From NCBI RefSeq assembly GCF_048593235.1, contig NC_133619.1, positions 473,273,644 to 473,337,643 on the forward strand: a stretch of DNA of 64,000 nucleotides. Direction: 5' to 3'. Of this stretch, positions 1 to 13,450 are shown piece by piece. This stretch comes from Sminthopsis crassicaudata (taxonomy: Eukaryota). Position 1 is the first letter of the stretch. Every line of letters starts with the position of its first letter. The notes under the pieces were generated by a model. It saw nothing but the letters and a program-made list of their open reading frames with translations, was not told the DNA's origin and searched no databases. The position numbers and the translations under genes are program-made.

Positions 1-96
1 AAAAACATAACAACCCTAGAAGGCCTCTAAAGGGAGTAAGAGAAATGGGAAGTGTTAAAAGCAGGTAGTGGAAAATGGGAAACATAAAAGTCTTAC

Positions 97-211
97 TCTT
101 TCACATCTTTAAGTTGTTCAATGTCCTGGACTTTCACATAATCTGGATCATGTGCCAAAAGATGAATAGTATAAGGAACGACATATTCTGGTAAGAGTGA
201 TAATAATTTTT
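97..211 (-). CDS. PDS5B: PDS5B exon (~26), 115 nt, (E)[37 protein letters not shown](E)
   Basis: Lies within ORF 93..326; ttttcag|AA...GA|gtaaga. [16 protein letters not shown] is the PDS5B-type motif, not the PDS5A type. Confidence 0.97.
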
Positions 212-272
212 CTGAAAAAGAAAAAAAGGTAGGGGAAAGGGGGAAGACAATTTGAGTTAGAAAGCAAAAGAT

Positions 273-275
<3 letters not shown>

Positions 276-305
<30 letters not shown>
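276..305. repeat. (CA)15 microsatellite, (UG)15 in the pre-mRNA
   Basis: Direct reading. Confidence 0.97.
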
Positions 306-310
<5 letters not shown>

Positions 311-1899
311 TACAGTGAATATGCATTTATATATTTTATATTAAGCATTCCCATGGCAGACATAAAAATCAGGGCCCAAATTATTAGTTAATTATCTGTG
401 TCAGGCAGATCTTAAGCTATGTACAACTATGTCTCTTCCTCTATATTTTAACAACATAATTCTAACACAATATAACTGAAAGCAAATGAATTCATGATAT
501 CAGGTTTGCTTTTCTTTTTGAGGAATCACAGAAGAGAATTTGAGGCTCAGAATGAGACATGGTCATTGAGTGGATTTGTTTTGTTTTCTATACTAAGTTG
601 TTACAAAGGTGTTTTAAGTGAGGAAATGGAAAATTTGGGAAGAAGAGTTAAAGTACTATAATAATGCCAAAAGAAAAAAAAAAAAAAAAAAAAAGACAGT
701 CAATGAAGAATTTAAACAAAAATATAGATAAAGAATTAAAGAAGTCACAGATAAACACAACTTTGAAGTTAACAAAAATTTGCTTTTAAAAAAATACAAG
801 CTTTATAAAACAAGCATGATTTAATAATGTAATTCTTTTTCTGTTCATTTGTAAATATGAAAATGTTCATGCTTATCAAATTCAGAATAACAACAACAAA
901 AATTAGTGTCTGCTAAAGGACAAGTGAGGACAAACCTTGCCCTTGTTTTTCACTATAACTCTTTAGATCCTAGGGAAAGGATTGATTTATTCATTAACTT
1001 TTAAAATTTCTTTCTTATTAGGAGTGATCTCAATATCATGGTAGTACTCCAAGATTATTTGGGATCTAAAGAGAGGCTAATGAAAGAAGAGAGTTGTTTT
1101 GGGTTATGAGCTCAATATGAGTTTTTGGTTTTTTTTAATTTCCCCTAGATTTGGGGAAGGGGAGTAGGAGGAGAGAGAAATGTCTGGCTAACCATGTCGG
1201 CTTCATCTGTTCTAAATTCCTCAACATAAAATATACATTTAGAGTAAAGTTCATAATTAATGATAGTGGTTGTGAATTCATACTTCATAAAATCTTTATA
1301 ACTTGTGGTCAGATATAATCAGATCATCACTTGCATCTTAAGTGACCAATGAAGAGTTCAGATTATAAGTACAAATATCAGCTCTGCAAATTTTTTATTT
1401 ACTTATATTCCCGTTTTTCATATTATCATCAACCCACAACTAGCTTCTTTGTAGGTATCTTTTTAAGCCATATAACCATCTGGTAGGATTAAAACTAGAC
1501 AAAATTTTAGTTTTAGCTAAACTAAACAAAATAATACTTAATCAGACATAAGTAAACTATTATACATTAAAATGAGTAAATGAAGGGCAGAGTCATTGTT
1601 ATGCCCTGAATTTTGTGAAGCTAGGGTATCTAAGTTTGAGAGCAGAATATCTAAGCTACAGTAGGTTTATATATAATATAAATGAGGACACCCATGTCAA
1701 CCTATAGGTGAATATTAACAAAAAGAGATTATCACAATACTTTCCCGCACCCTCAGTGAATTATCACATAAACCCTCCAATCAATCCCCTCTCCCTAAGT
1801 GGTCAAATACTGTTGCTCTGTTTTTGTACTGTTTTTTTTTTTTGGGAGGGGGGCACTTTGCTTTTTTAATCCTACCAGCCTACTAAGTCTTAATCATCT

Positions 1900-2092
1900 T
1901 TACTAGAGGCCACTCCATTCCCATTTGCCAAAGACATTCTCCCCTAAAACAGATTAAAATATAATTGGGAAATATTTAACAAAATAAATAAAAATACAAC
2001 AGAACACAGATAATGTGTTTTCTAAAAGAATATGCTATGACAAGGATCTTTTTGTATGTTTTGTGGTCTCCTTTATATTTGAGTTTGACTAG
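1900..2092. mobile_element. hAT MITE fragment (OposCharlie3-like, family name from memory)
   Basis: aattgggaaatatttaacaaaataaataaaaatac...gagtttgac. A related inverted copy is at ~52780-52925. Confidence 0.5.
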
Positions 2093-2699
2093 TCAATTAG
2101 CCTCTTAACTGATATACTTTCCACTGTGTAATCTTATTATATCTGGATCAAAAACCTCTATTGGTTCCCCTAATGAAATAAAATATTGATAGTAAATTAT
2201 AAAATCCTCTCCTAAGAAATAAAATTATGAACTTATAGTTTACCATTCAAATCCCTTCATAACTTGATTCCAATTTATCCTTCAAGTTCTATGTATACTA
2301 CTTTGCTTCATATAATCTATACTACACATAAAAACATTGTTTTAAAGGTTTTAAAAGCTTTATTTTATAATTAAAGAAAAAAGATTACTTTGAATCCACA
2401 ATTAAAGAAGCAGGGGAGAGCTCATTAATTGAAATGAGTATTTCTTGGGAAAGCATCATCTCACAATCTGCCAAGCAGGTAACAGGCAAGATTCCAGAGG
2501 TAGTAGAAAAGAAGAGTTTTAATGTTATGTCTGTATTTGCATTCAAAAGAAGTTTGCCCTATCTCAGGATAAAAATCATCCAAAAGGATTCTGGGAAGAT
2601 AGCAAGAGGTCAGAAAATTTCAAGCTCTCCAAATTTCTCTTACAAACAAAACAAAACAAACAGAGCAAATGTAGACAAGTGAAAAACAAATGAGTTGGG

Positions 2700-4652
2700 G
2701 AAGAACAGTGGTCCTCCTAGGACAACTGGAGAAGATACAAATAAAGATTCCACCCAAGTCGGACACTGGACCCCTATAATGTGTATCAGGCTAGCTCCAC
2801 TGGAATGATGAGTGAAGAACCCTGGAGCTAGCTGTGTTCAGGTATAGCCTCAGCCCCAACCACAAAAATGTACACCTCCTTGACGGTGTGGGGAGTCAGG
2901 GGTCAGTCAGGGAAGAATGAGGGAGTCTCTATAGATAAGGAACACTAAGCTCATGGGTGCTGCTGAGGCAACCCTGGGACAGAAGGAACTAGTATACTCT
3001 GGATAAGTGCAAAAACAGTGGGGAAATGAAGCTGCTGGTTGTGGGTATTTATGGAAGGAAGGAGTTCCTGGTTTTGGGTTCCAGGTTAGAGGAAAAAACT
3101 GAAGACCTGAAGCCACAGGCACCATCCTCCCCAACCTAGGACTGCAAGCAATTACACTAACAAGCTTTTATTTTTAAAAAAGGCAAAGGAGAAAAAACCT
3201 AACAATAGAAAGTTCTTACATGGGAATAGGAAAGACAGATTCATCTTCAGAGGAGGACATTGAAGTAAAAAAAGCCTCTCTTACCCCAAAATCAAATAAT
3301 TACCTGTCCAAAAATAATTCACAGAAGGACTCAAAAAAGACTTTAGCAATCAAAAGAGAGATTGAGGGAGAAAAAACAAGCCAGAAAAACAATAAGTTTG
3401 TGAAAAAGTCATCTGACTAGAAAAGGAGAGTCTTAAGGAAGAAAATGAGTCTTTGAAAATTAGAATTGGGTAAGGGGAAGTCTGTGAAGTTATAAGAGAC
3501 CAAGAAATAATAAAAAATACATATATAAAGAATGAAAAAATACGACGCAAAACAATAGGTCTGAAGAACAGATCAAGAAGAGAAAATATAAGAATAATTG
3601 GACTATGTGAAAGCTATGACCAAAAAAGGAACCATCATAAAATAATATAAGAAGTAATTAAAGAAAATTATTCTGAAGTGATAGAAGAGTTGAAATAGAA
3701 ACAGACAAAACCCACAGATCACCATTTGAAAAAGATCCTACAAGGAAAACAAAGAGAAACATCACTGTTGCATTTAGAAACCTTCAGATGATACTTTACA
3801 AGCAACAGCAACAAAACAACTCAAATATACTGGAGCTACAATTAGAAGCATACAAGATCTACCAGCAGCTACAATAACAGACCACAGGCTGTGGAATATT
3901 TTATACTGACAATCCAAAAAAGTAGGCCTGCAGCCGAACATATTATATTCAGCAAAATTTAAGTATAATTCTGGATTAAAAAAAAAAAAACATCCAATGA
4001 GTTGTCAGATTTTCAGAAGTTTGTTGCAAACAAAATTAAACTTAGTATATTTCTACTCCATAGATCATTTACATCAGGAAAGGATTAAAGAGGGAACAAT
4101 GGATAGAGATATGTATCCCTAGAAAGATATAACACCCTCCAAAATCTATCTTTGACTTATAAGAGACAAGATCAAAAGACTAATTTCAACAGACTCAATA
4201 AGGACGAACTATGTTTTATAAGTGGAAATATAAGATTGTCATTAGTAACAGGGTGGTCCAAAAGATTGGGATAGAGAGCTGAGTATGATGTGATTCTAAA
4301 AAGCAAAACAGTATAGGGAAAGATAAAAACAGTAATTATGCCATCCGAAAGAAGTGCAAAAAGCAAGAAATGATACACAGGAATTAGATGGGGAAGGAGT
4401 GCTGAAAGAGCTACATATCCCTAGAAGGATATAACCATCCCCCCAAATCTATAAATAAATAGGATGGGAAGAATAAAATAAGTTGGGGTATATAGATTAA
4501 CAAGAGTGGGATAAGATATGTAGATTAATGTGAAAAGGGATAAAGAGGGAGGGAAATGGTGAGGGCAAAGGATATGGGAAGGTCCTGGAGGTTAGGGGGA
4601 GAGGTTAAATAATATCAAGGCAAGAGGGTAGAAGTAATATAGAAAAGTCAGC
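2700..4652 (+). mobile_element. Degenerate L1 5' region (5'UTR plus ORF1 remnant), running into an assembly gap
   Basis: A-rich sense strand, ORF1-like fragments (ORF 3220..3420) and ORF1-type remnants at 3570-4000. Boundaries approximate. Confidence 0.65.
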
Positions 4653-4837
4653 NNNNNNNNNNNNNNNNNNNNNNNNNNNNNNNNNNNNNNNNNNNNNNNN
4701 NNNNNNNNNNNNNNNNNNNNNNNNNNNNNNNNNNNNNNNNNNNNNNNNNNNNNNNNNNNNNNNNNNNNNNNNNNNNNNNNNNNNNNNNNNNNNNNNNNNN
4801 NNNNNNNNNNNNNNNNNNNNNNNNNNNNNNNNNNNNN
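4653..4837. other. Assembly gap (185 N)
   Basis: Run of N. Confidence 0.99.
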
Positions 4838-4949
4838 ATACCTTAACATAAATATGTTGTGCTTAATTAACTATATAGCTTGCTTTGGGGAGGTTAGAAA
4901 ATTCTAAAGTTTCCAGATTTCCCCTACAAACAAAGGAAGTAAAAAGTAC

Positions 4950-5310
4950 ACAGCAGAAGTGATTCAAGGCAATTCCAATAAACTTGTGATGGAAAATGTA
5001 AACTACATTCATAGAGAGAACTGTGGAGACTGAATATAGATTGAAATATAGTATTTTTTACCTTTTTTGTTTGTTTCTTTCTCATGTTTTTTTCCCCTTT
5101 TGGTTTGATTTTTCTTGCACAACATAACAAATATGTTAACATGTTTAAAAGGATTGCACATATTTAACCTATATCAGATTATTTGCTGTCTTGGAGCAGT
5201 AGGAGGTAAGGGAGGAAGAGAGAAAAATTTGGAACACAGTCTCACAAAAATGAATTTTGAAAATTATTTTTACATGTATTTGGAAAAATAAAATATTATT
5301 AAGAAAAAAG
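4950..5310 (+). mobile_element. Old L1 3'UTR ending in an A-rich tail
   Basis: Marsupial L1 3'UTR pattern, related to the minus-strand copy at ~13000-13450. Confidence 0.7.
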
Positions 5311-5864
5311 TACAGAACAGAGAACAAAGTAAAACCTAATTCCTAATACAATATGTTCTATTATATATACTTTCTTGAAATGGAAATTCATTTGTTACAT
5401 ATTTTGAATTCTCATGTTCTGCTGTGCACATGGCAAGTTTTTTCCCCCTATTTTCTATTTGTTTTCTTTTTTCAAATTGAAAAAAAAAATCCAATCCAAA
5501 AGACTGGAAGAGTATCCCTTTGAAGGTCTAGATCAAAGCATCAGGAGATATTACTGGGCTTATTAGCATTAAAGGCTAGGAGGTTTCAATCTTTAGAATG
5601 TTTAAGATTCTAAGTAATATTCAGATTATCTCTGAATCTTGACATGCTTTTTCCTTTCCTCCATATTTTATGCATGTGTCTTATGCTGGCTTCTATCACA
5701 TAGAATTCATATTTACATAATGTTTCCCTAACAAAAGGTCTACAAGTAAGGTATATTATTATCTTAATTTCTTAGATTAAAAACCTTAAGCTCAAAAAAA
5801 CCTTTTATTTCCTTATGGAAAACAGCTAATAAACCTCAGAAGAATAACTAGTTTTATTTGTTTG

Positions 5865-5868
<4 letters not shown>

Positions 5869-5914
<46 letters not shown>
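5869..5914. repeat. (GT)n microsatellite, ~23 units
   Basis: Direct reading. Confidence 0.95.
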
Positions 5915-5918
<4 letters not shown>

Positions 5919-7349
5919 GGGTGGGGAAGAGGAGAAGAAGGGAAAGGGAAATGGGTGGCAGAGGGTAAAGGGAGAGGAAAAGATTGTTTACTGGGGATAC
6001 AAATTTTAAAAAAATTTTGGATTAAGCATGGGGTCTCTGGAGTCAAGATCTGAATTCAAGACACATATTAGTTCTATCAAGTCACTGTACGCCCCAATTT
6101 TATTGTGAATGGAGATTTTAACAGCACTATTCTCACATTGCTGTTGTGAGATCAAATGAATATTTGTCAAGTATGAAATATTTGTCAAGTGTTTAGCATA
6201 TTATTTAAATGTTTGCTCTCTTCTTTCTGATATTTAAGACTCTGGAGAATTTAATGTTTTTATCCACTATTAAAAACAAGTCTGTTAGCTAAATATTTAA
6301 GTTTCCCATACTTCTTTTATTCTTCTATACTGTTTTTCCTGCTCAAGAACTCCTCCTTATCCATTTTAAACAATTCTATGTTCCCCTTTTCTACCTTCCT
6401 TGACTGTTCCTTTTTTTCCTGCTTACAACAGGCCTTGGGCACCATCTCCTCTCTCCACTTACAAACCCATTATCCTAGTTCAGGTTCTCATGACTTGACC
6501 ATTTGTCTACACTACAACTAACAGCATTCTGATTCTTGGCCACCACTCCAACCCATACTCTACTAGCTTCCAAAGTAATGAAGAATTAACTATACCAGCC
6601 TCTTTACTAGTGGCTTCTTCTAATATCTAAAATCAAATATAAATTACTCTGTCATTTAAAATTAATCTCAACCTGGCCTCTTCCTATCTTTCCAGTCTCT
6701 CTATATACTTGGTTCCTTGAAGTACTCTACAATACTATTTTATTTGCTGTTTCTCACATATGACTTTCTATCTCCCATCTCCATACTCTTGCACTGGCTA
6801 TCCCTCGTGCCTGAAATGCTCTTGTCTCTTAGTGTCTCCCTTTAGAATTTTTGTTTCTCTTTAAAGCAAAGTGAAAAATGTCCCTCTCTGTAGATGGTCT
6901 TTTCTGGTGGCCCAGTAGCTTGTGCCTACATCTCCTCTAAGTTTACCTTCTATGTTTTTCATACTTCTATTTCATATACATACTATTTCCATTAGGCTAT
7001 AAGCTCCCTAAGAATAGGGTAACAGGGAGCCACTGAAGTTTACTGAGTAACAGTAGATAGGAGGAAAGATAATCAATACAAAGGCAAGATGAGGTCTGGT
7101 AGAAAGTGATTAAGATGGATGCATTGGGCTCTTAACTTAAATGGAGTATCTAGGGGGATCTCTTCATTGTTAACCTTCCATAATCTCAAACTAGGAAGGA
7201 GAGTACATCAAGAGCAGGTGATTATTAAGATGATTTGAGATTCAGAGTTGATGTGATCCAGAATGAGATTCTGGAGGGCAAAATGAAGTCCAAGAGAAAA
7301 GCTAGACTGGAAACAGAGGCCTTCAGAAGCATAAAAACAAACATATGAC

Positions 7350-7559
7350 TGTGACCTTTGGGACTCCATCCCAGCTGAAGAAATAGTAATACTACGCAGG
7401 ATTTCAGCTAAATTGTGAGGCTAATCCCCCACTCTGTGGTTTTGGGAGGTAAGTTAAGCCTCTGAGATATTTGGCAAGGCCCAGGAGGGGAAAAAAATGT
7501 ATGTAACTCATATATGCATACATATATACACACACATGTGTGCATGCACCTATGTATAT

Positions 7560-7601
<42 letters not shown>

Positions 7602-7981
7602 GGGGGGGAGGGACAAGAGAGGGAAAGACAGACCTGAATAGGACTGAGTGGATGAAGAATTTCTCAGTATTGAGCCGAAGTCACATGATCCCAATTCCCA
7701 GTCTTGAACCCTGGATTGTAGGGAGTCAAATGGACCCTCAAGAAGTGATGCCCAAAGGAAGTGACATAACCCACAGGAAGCAGACAACATTGATCGGGGA
7801 TGGTTACTTCCTTTTAGTCTTTTGTTAAAAAAAACTGAGAAGGCTGAAGCTGGTCAGCTTCCAGGAGCACATGGTCCAGGTATGTGTCTGGGCTTCTCCT
7901 TGCAGGGATTAAATTCTCTTTATATCTTAAGATGTCTCTGATTAGTTAAATTTGGGAAAGGGGTCAAGCACCCATCCCACA
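7350..7981 (+). mobile_element. LTR-like element containing a (CA)n microsatellite
   Basis: TGTG...CACA termini, GC-richer island, degenerate flanks (atgac/cagac). Confidence 0.45.
7563..7598. repeat. (CA)n microsatellite
   Basis: Direct reading. Confidence 0.95.
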
Positions 7982-8363
7982 CAGACACAATATCCTTTTA
8001 TAAAAGCTAATCTGATGATAAGGGGTTAAATGGACCAGGAGGTATTAGTTGCTAGCTTCCTAACAAAGGGAATACAGAAAGAGCCAGCTCCAGAGACAAC
8101 AGCAAAACAAGATACACCAAACCCCAATAGAGTGAGGTCAAAATATACAAAAGAGCAAGTAGGCCAGTATGGCTGGACTGCAAAGTACCTAAAGATGACA
8201 AATAATGAAAGTCTGATGTGCTATATTAAAGTACTATCAAAAATCATCTGAAATGTCAAATTTCACTTATTGTTATTATGATCTTTGGGAAATATAAATG
8301 AAAATGATTTTTTAATTAAAAAAAAAAATCTAATAAATATAGAATAAGGGTCTGTTTTAGTAT

Positions 8364-8922
8364 TGTGCCACAGTTCCCTTTTATTGTCCTGCCTCAGTTT
8401 CCCTGAACTATTCTGCCTTAGCTTCCCTGAATTGTTCTGCCTCAATCCCCCTGGTTGTAACACCACCTCTCCCTCCTAATCATTAGAATTTAGGGCTGAC
8501 TGCTCTTAATATTATAAACTGTAAAAGTTTAATCCAGATAAGGAGAAAGACCTTCTATTTTAGACAACATGACTCCAGAGCCAGACCTTCCCAATTTATC
8601 AGAATGTCCGGTGTCTCCCCCCATTCTGTCATTGTTCTTAATCCCAATTTATCAGAATTTATGGTCCTCACCTCCCACCCTGTCAGAATTGGATTGATGG
8701 TCCACTGCTGCTCTCAGTGCTCAGACTGGCCCCTACCTCAGTTTACCCTGACAGCTTAAGAGCCACATGTATATTATATTTCATGGGAAACTTACATTCC
8801 CTGCTGGATGCTTTGAGATGTCAACCCTGGGGGCAACATGCCCCCAGCACAATATCTCACTCTCAAATAAAACATTAAAAACTCTCTAATCTCTATCTTG
8901 CCTCAGTTTCTCTGGCATTACA
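8364..8922 (+). mobile_element. Solo LTR, ~559 bp, with internal 24-bp tandem repeats
   Basis: TGTGCC...TTACA termini; AATAAA at 8866-8871; three 24-bp units at 8383-8454. No TSD found. Confidence 0.65.
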
Positions 8923-11900
8923 ATGGACATAAAAAATACAAAAATATTATTTAAGCCTATTATAAGGGAGGAAATAGTCTCATTTTAATTAATATAGCTT
9001 CAGAAAAGCTAAGCAATTTGATGAGATGCAAAGATTTATTAAGCTATTGTGAGAAAGACATTGTGTGAGGCACTGAGAATACAAAGGAAAGAAACAAAAT
9101 TGTCCTTCCATTCAAGGATCTTTTATTCTACTGGAATTGAAATACATGCTTAAAGCATTCTATACTATTTCCTAGTTAGAAATGAAGAGCATAGAATCTC
9201 AGAGCTGGGAAAGACCTCAGAGGTCATCTAATCCAGTCTGTGTGGAAATCCCTTTAAACCTTCTTTAAATGATCTCTGCATATTCTGTCTTCAAAGATAG
9301 TTGAAAAACTCAAACTCTTGTAACAGTGTTGCTTTTTGCTTTACTTCTGTCAAACATTATTCAGCATTTTTGTTCCAAATAACTAAAATTTTCACATCTT
9401 TAACGAAATACTCCCTCACAAATTCATTTTTTTAATCTACTGTTTTTAAAATGTGCACTGAAAATTCCAATTTCTGACCTATAGTCAAATATTCTTAATT
9501 TCTGCATGTATTTCTCTTTTGAACTAATCTGGAGAACTTACTATCTATGCCATCTGGAGAGTCCACAGGATTCCTTTAAATTTTTTTCCCCAACAGGCAC
9601 TATTTAGTTCAATTTCCTTCATGTAATATTTTCTTCAATGTTTTCTGTTGACTAATCAATGTATGAGGATTTTATTGAAGATTTTCTTTCTTCTTAATAT
9701 CTTTGGTGACTGAGCTTAAAAAAAAAAAAAGTATTCTCCCATCATCATTTTTAACATCTCTCTTTTGCTGCTGAGCAGATGAAGGTTTTGTTAAAACCTC
9801 CCCGAGTTAGAGGAGAAAGAATTCAGTGTCCTCAACCCTTGTTTTGAATAGCCTGCAGGGAACAATTTCATGATTCTTGGTCTTTGATGCCTTCCCAAGT
9901 TCTATCTTCAGGTTTTATTTCCTTCCCAGGGTTAAGGAGAATTTTCATATACTTAATGAGGAATGTGTGATTCTCAAAGAGTCACTGCAATAGTGATTGT
10001 AAGGCTAGCATCAAGGAGCAGCATATTTTTAACCTGTCCAATTCTTGCTTTTTATCATTTAACTAAGCAGAGAAAAGAGTTTTTAGGCAAAAGCTACCAC
10101 AACGAAGCCCCTTTCTACTACTACCGCAGAGTTGCAACCTAGCAATACTTTTGAGTTTGTCTATACTCCTGCAAGGGTTGTGTTGGCAGTTGGGGAAGAA
10201 GTTAGGAAATATATAAGTATTATCTAGTGTTAATCCATAAGAATTTTATATTTTCAGAAATTGTCTTCTGTAAATTTAGTTATAATCATTGTATATTTAG
10301 AACACAATTCCTTTTATGGAAGATGAAACAATCATGAAGCAAGTTAGAAAAAGTGAGCAATCTGCCCTCTACTGCATGGGTAAGTAGAAAAAGTCATGTA
10401 ACCTTTATGGTGCCCAGTTTCTTCATCTTTAAAATTAAGTGGGTAGATAATATCAATGATAAAGCTCATTTTAGCTCTAAATTTATGATCTTTAAATGTT
10501 GCCTTCTAGACTTTGCTAGAAAAGCTACAATGATGGGCTTATCCATTATACCTTGTATATTTAAGGCAGGTAATTCCATTTATGGATACAGCATTATTGA
10601 AAATTTTTCATCATATTATAGCATAACTGTCACTCAGTAACTTTCATCAATCGCTCCTCAAAGAAAAGGCCTAAAATCTCTTCTATATAAATGTCCTTCA
10701 AATATTAAAGAAAATCAGGCATAGAATTGTCTCTAGGTTAATAATGTACAGATTCTGCACATTCCTAGAGATTGGATTTTTAACTTCCTTTAACATTCTT
10801 ATTACCTTTACCCTCCAAATCTAACCTCTAACATTAGTGAGCCGTGTGACATCTGGCAAGTTATTTCATTTGTTTCAGTTTCCTTATGTATAAAACGTAG
10901 ACAACAACATCAACTATCTCATAGTATTGTTGTGAGGATGACAAGAGTTCATATTTGTAAAGCACTTTAAATCTTTAATGAAAGTGTTGTGAAGAATTTA
11001 GCTACAAGCAGATTAAGAAAATCCACTAAAAATCTTTTGCCAACATCCTTAACACTAATCACCATTCTTCAAATGGTCATTTAAGGAATTCCAAATCCAC
11101 AAAACTCAATCTACAATGGGTGGAGGGAAGGAAGGCAAGAAGATGGCTTACTAAATGCTTACTATATTCCAGGACTACACTATGCTAAGTGCTTTACAAA
11201 TACCTCTTTTAATCAACCAGCAAACAACTCTGGAAGGGAAATGCTATAACTATCCCCATTTTACAGCTAAGGAAACTAAGGGACTGGTTAAATGATTTGC
11301 CCAGGATCACATAGTTCTCTAAATATCTGACTCTGGATTTTACAATTTTTTTTCCTTGCTTTTTAAAATTATTTTTTAAGTGTGAATTAGAATACTTTAA
11401 TTCTGTTAATACCATTCATTCACTCATTCTGTTATTCAACTTGATTCATCTTTTGCCTTTTATTCTCTCATCGACTAATTCTTTCTAATTTAAGAAATGT
11501 TAATCCTTAGATCTTTCACATTACAGAAATTCTTCATTAAGTTATAACTTTTCTTTAAAATTTTTTGGTAATAAGGAGTATAAGATTAGGGTTAGTACAG
11601 ATTCAGAGGTGCTATATATAAAACAGTACAACATGGTTTCATAGGTGGATGGGATAGTAATTATACCTTTCTCCTCCTAGAGATGATTTAAAATTTACCC
11701 TTGTTCTTGCTTTTTTTGAGAGGCAAAAAGACAAGTCTGTTACTACCTCTTAATCAAAGGACCATAGCTCTGCAGATAGCAAGGACTTAAAAAACCTTCT
11801 AATCTACCTCCATTTTACAGAAAAGAAGAAAATGAGGCCCAGGGAGGGTTAAGCAACTTGACCAAACACAGAGAGCTATCAAAAGAAACTGCCCTCTGAC

Positions 11901-13039
11901 CCCAGGGTCAGGACTCTTTTCCATCATATAATCACATGACAGGATCTGGACAGGGCTGACAAGATCCCTATTTTCCCACCATTTTATAGGATGCCTTGGA
12001 AGAATATTAGTGTTAAGAATTTTTTAAAACTTTGTCTTATTTTTTCTCGTTTTAAAAAAAATTATTATTATTATTATTTTAATTTTGAATTCTAAATTCT
12101 CTTTTCTCTTCTTGCCCTTCTCCTTGAGGAGGAAAACAATTTGATATTATCCATGTGACATCACAAAAACATATTTCCTTTTTACCTTCTAAAAAGCTTT
12201 TCATTTCACAGTAAAGCCAAGAGTGTTTGTCATAAGTCAGTCAACAAGCAGCACTTATTAAATGTCTACTGTATACCATTAGGAACTACCAGAGAGAAAT
12301 TTCAGAACAGAGCAGAAATTCAAAAGGTGAAAAACTCCAGATCCTCCTCTTTGTGATTAATGACCTTGTTGTAAATCCACCAAAATAATCACTCAAAATA
12401 TTTGAGTGTACTAGTCACATAGGAATACCAAGTGGATTAAACATGCCTATTGTTAATACTATAAAAATGCAGCTGGATAGATTGCTTATAAAGCCAGTAT
12501 ATTTTGGAGACATATTGTAGGTGGACAATGAACTTGATCAGAACTGAACATCAGGAAGAAAGGAGGCTGAACTGTATTTGAATTTCAACTCTTAGACCTG
12601 AATTATTCATTAAATCACAAAAGTCAAAATAGCACTCAAAATTGTGAAACTTAAAATGTAGGAACCAAGTATAAGTATATATAATTTTGAGAGATATCAT
12701 CTATTTTTTACATTATAGGAAGGTCTACAAATATAAATGCCATTTTATTTCCCTAACATTAAATAAATGAATATTGCTCAAAAATAATTACATTGTTATT
12801 TTCACTGAAATATGATTTAATTGTATTATTGAGAGGCAGTACTAACACAAAAGGACACTGAAGTGAAGAGATCTGAATTCAAAATCTAATTGTGCAACCA
12901 ACTACCTTTGGACAAGGGACTTAATTCCTTAGTCGTAATTTTCTCAACTATAAACTGTAAGGTAAAATGACTGCATGCCTCAAATGTATCTTTTCCAGCT
13001 TTAAAATTCTATCATTTCAAATTTCTTCCAGTTTTGTGG

Positions 13040-13450
13040 CTCAAATTTATTTTTATATTTTAAAGTGTATTTTCATATTAATTCAATTTTTTTCTATTTT
13101 AAAAAATCCAACAGTATTTTATTTTCCAAATACATGTAAAGTTAGTTTTTGACATTCATTTTTGTAAAACTTTTGTGTTCCAAATTTTTTTCTCTCCCTA
13201 TCTTTTCTCCCTTCTCCTCAAGACAGCAAATAATCTGATAGAGATGAAACACATGCAGTTCTTTTAAACATATTTCTATATTTGTCATGTTGTGAGAGAA
13301 AATTAAAATCAAAAGGAAAAAAAAAATCACAAGAATGAAAAAGCAAACAAACAAAAAGTGAAAATACTATGCTACAATCCATATTCAGATTCTCCATAGT
13401 TCTATCTCTGGATATGGATGACATTTTCCATCCCAAGTCTATTGGATTTC
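13040..13450 (-). mobile_element. Old L1 3'UTR, sense to PDS5B
   Basis: Reverse-complement similarity to 4950-5310. Confidence 0.65.

Noticed and set aside
5813-7828. ORFs containing CVCVCV or HTHTHT runs (also 148..363, 24977..25305)
   Set aside because: These are translations of (CA)n/(GT)n microsatellites, not proteins.
9920-10030. CCSLM and NPGKE resembling bornavirus nucleoprotein motifs
   Set aside because: The matches are short, the spacing is inconsistent with the viral protein as I recall it, and the intervening sequence is not similar.
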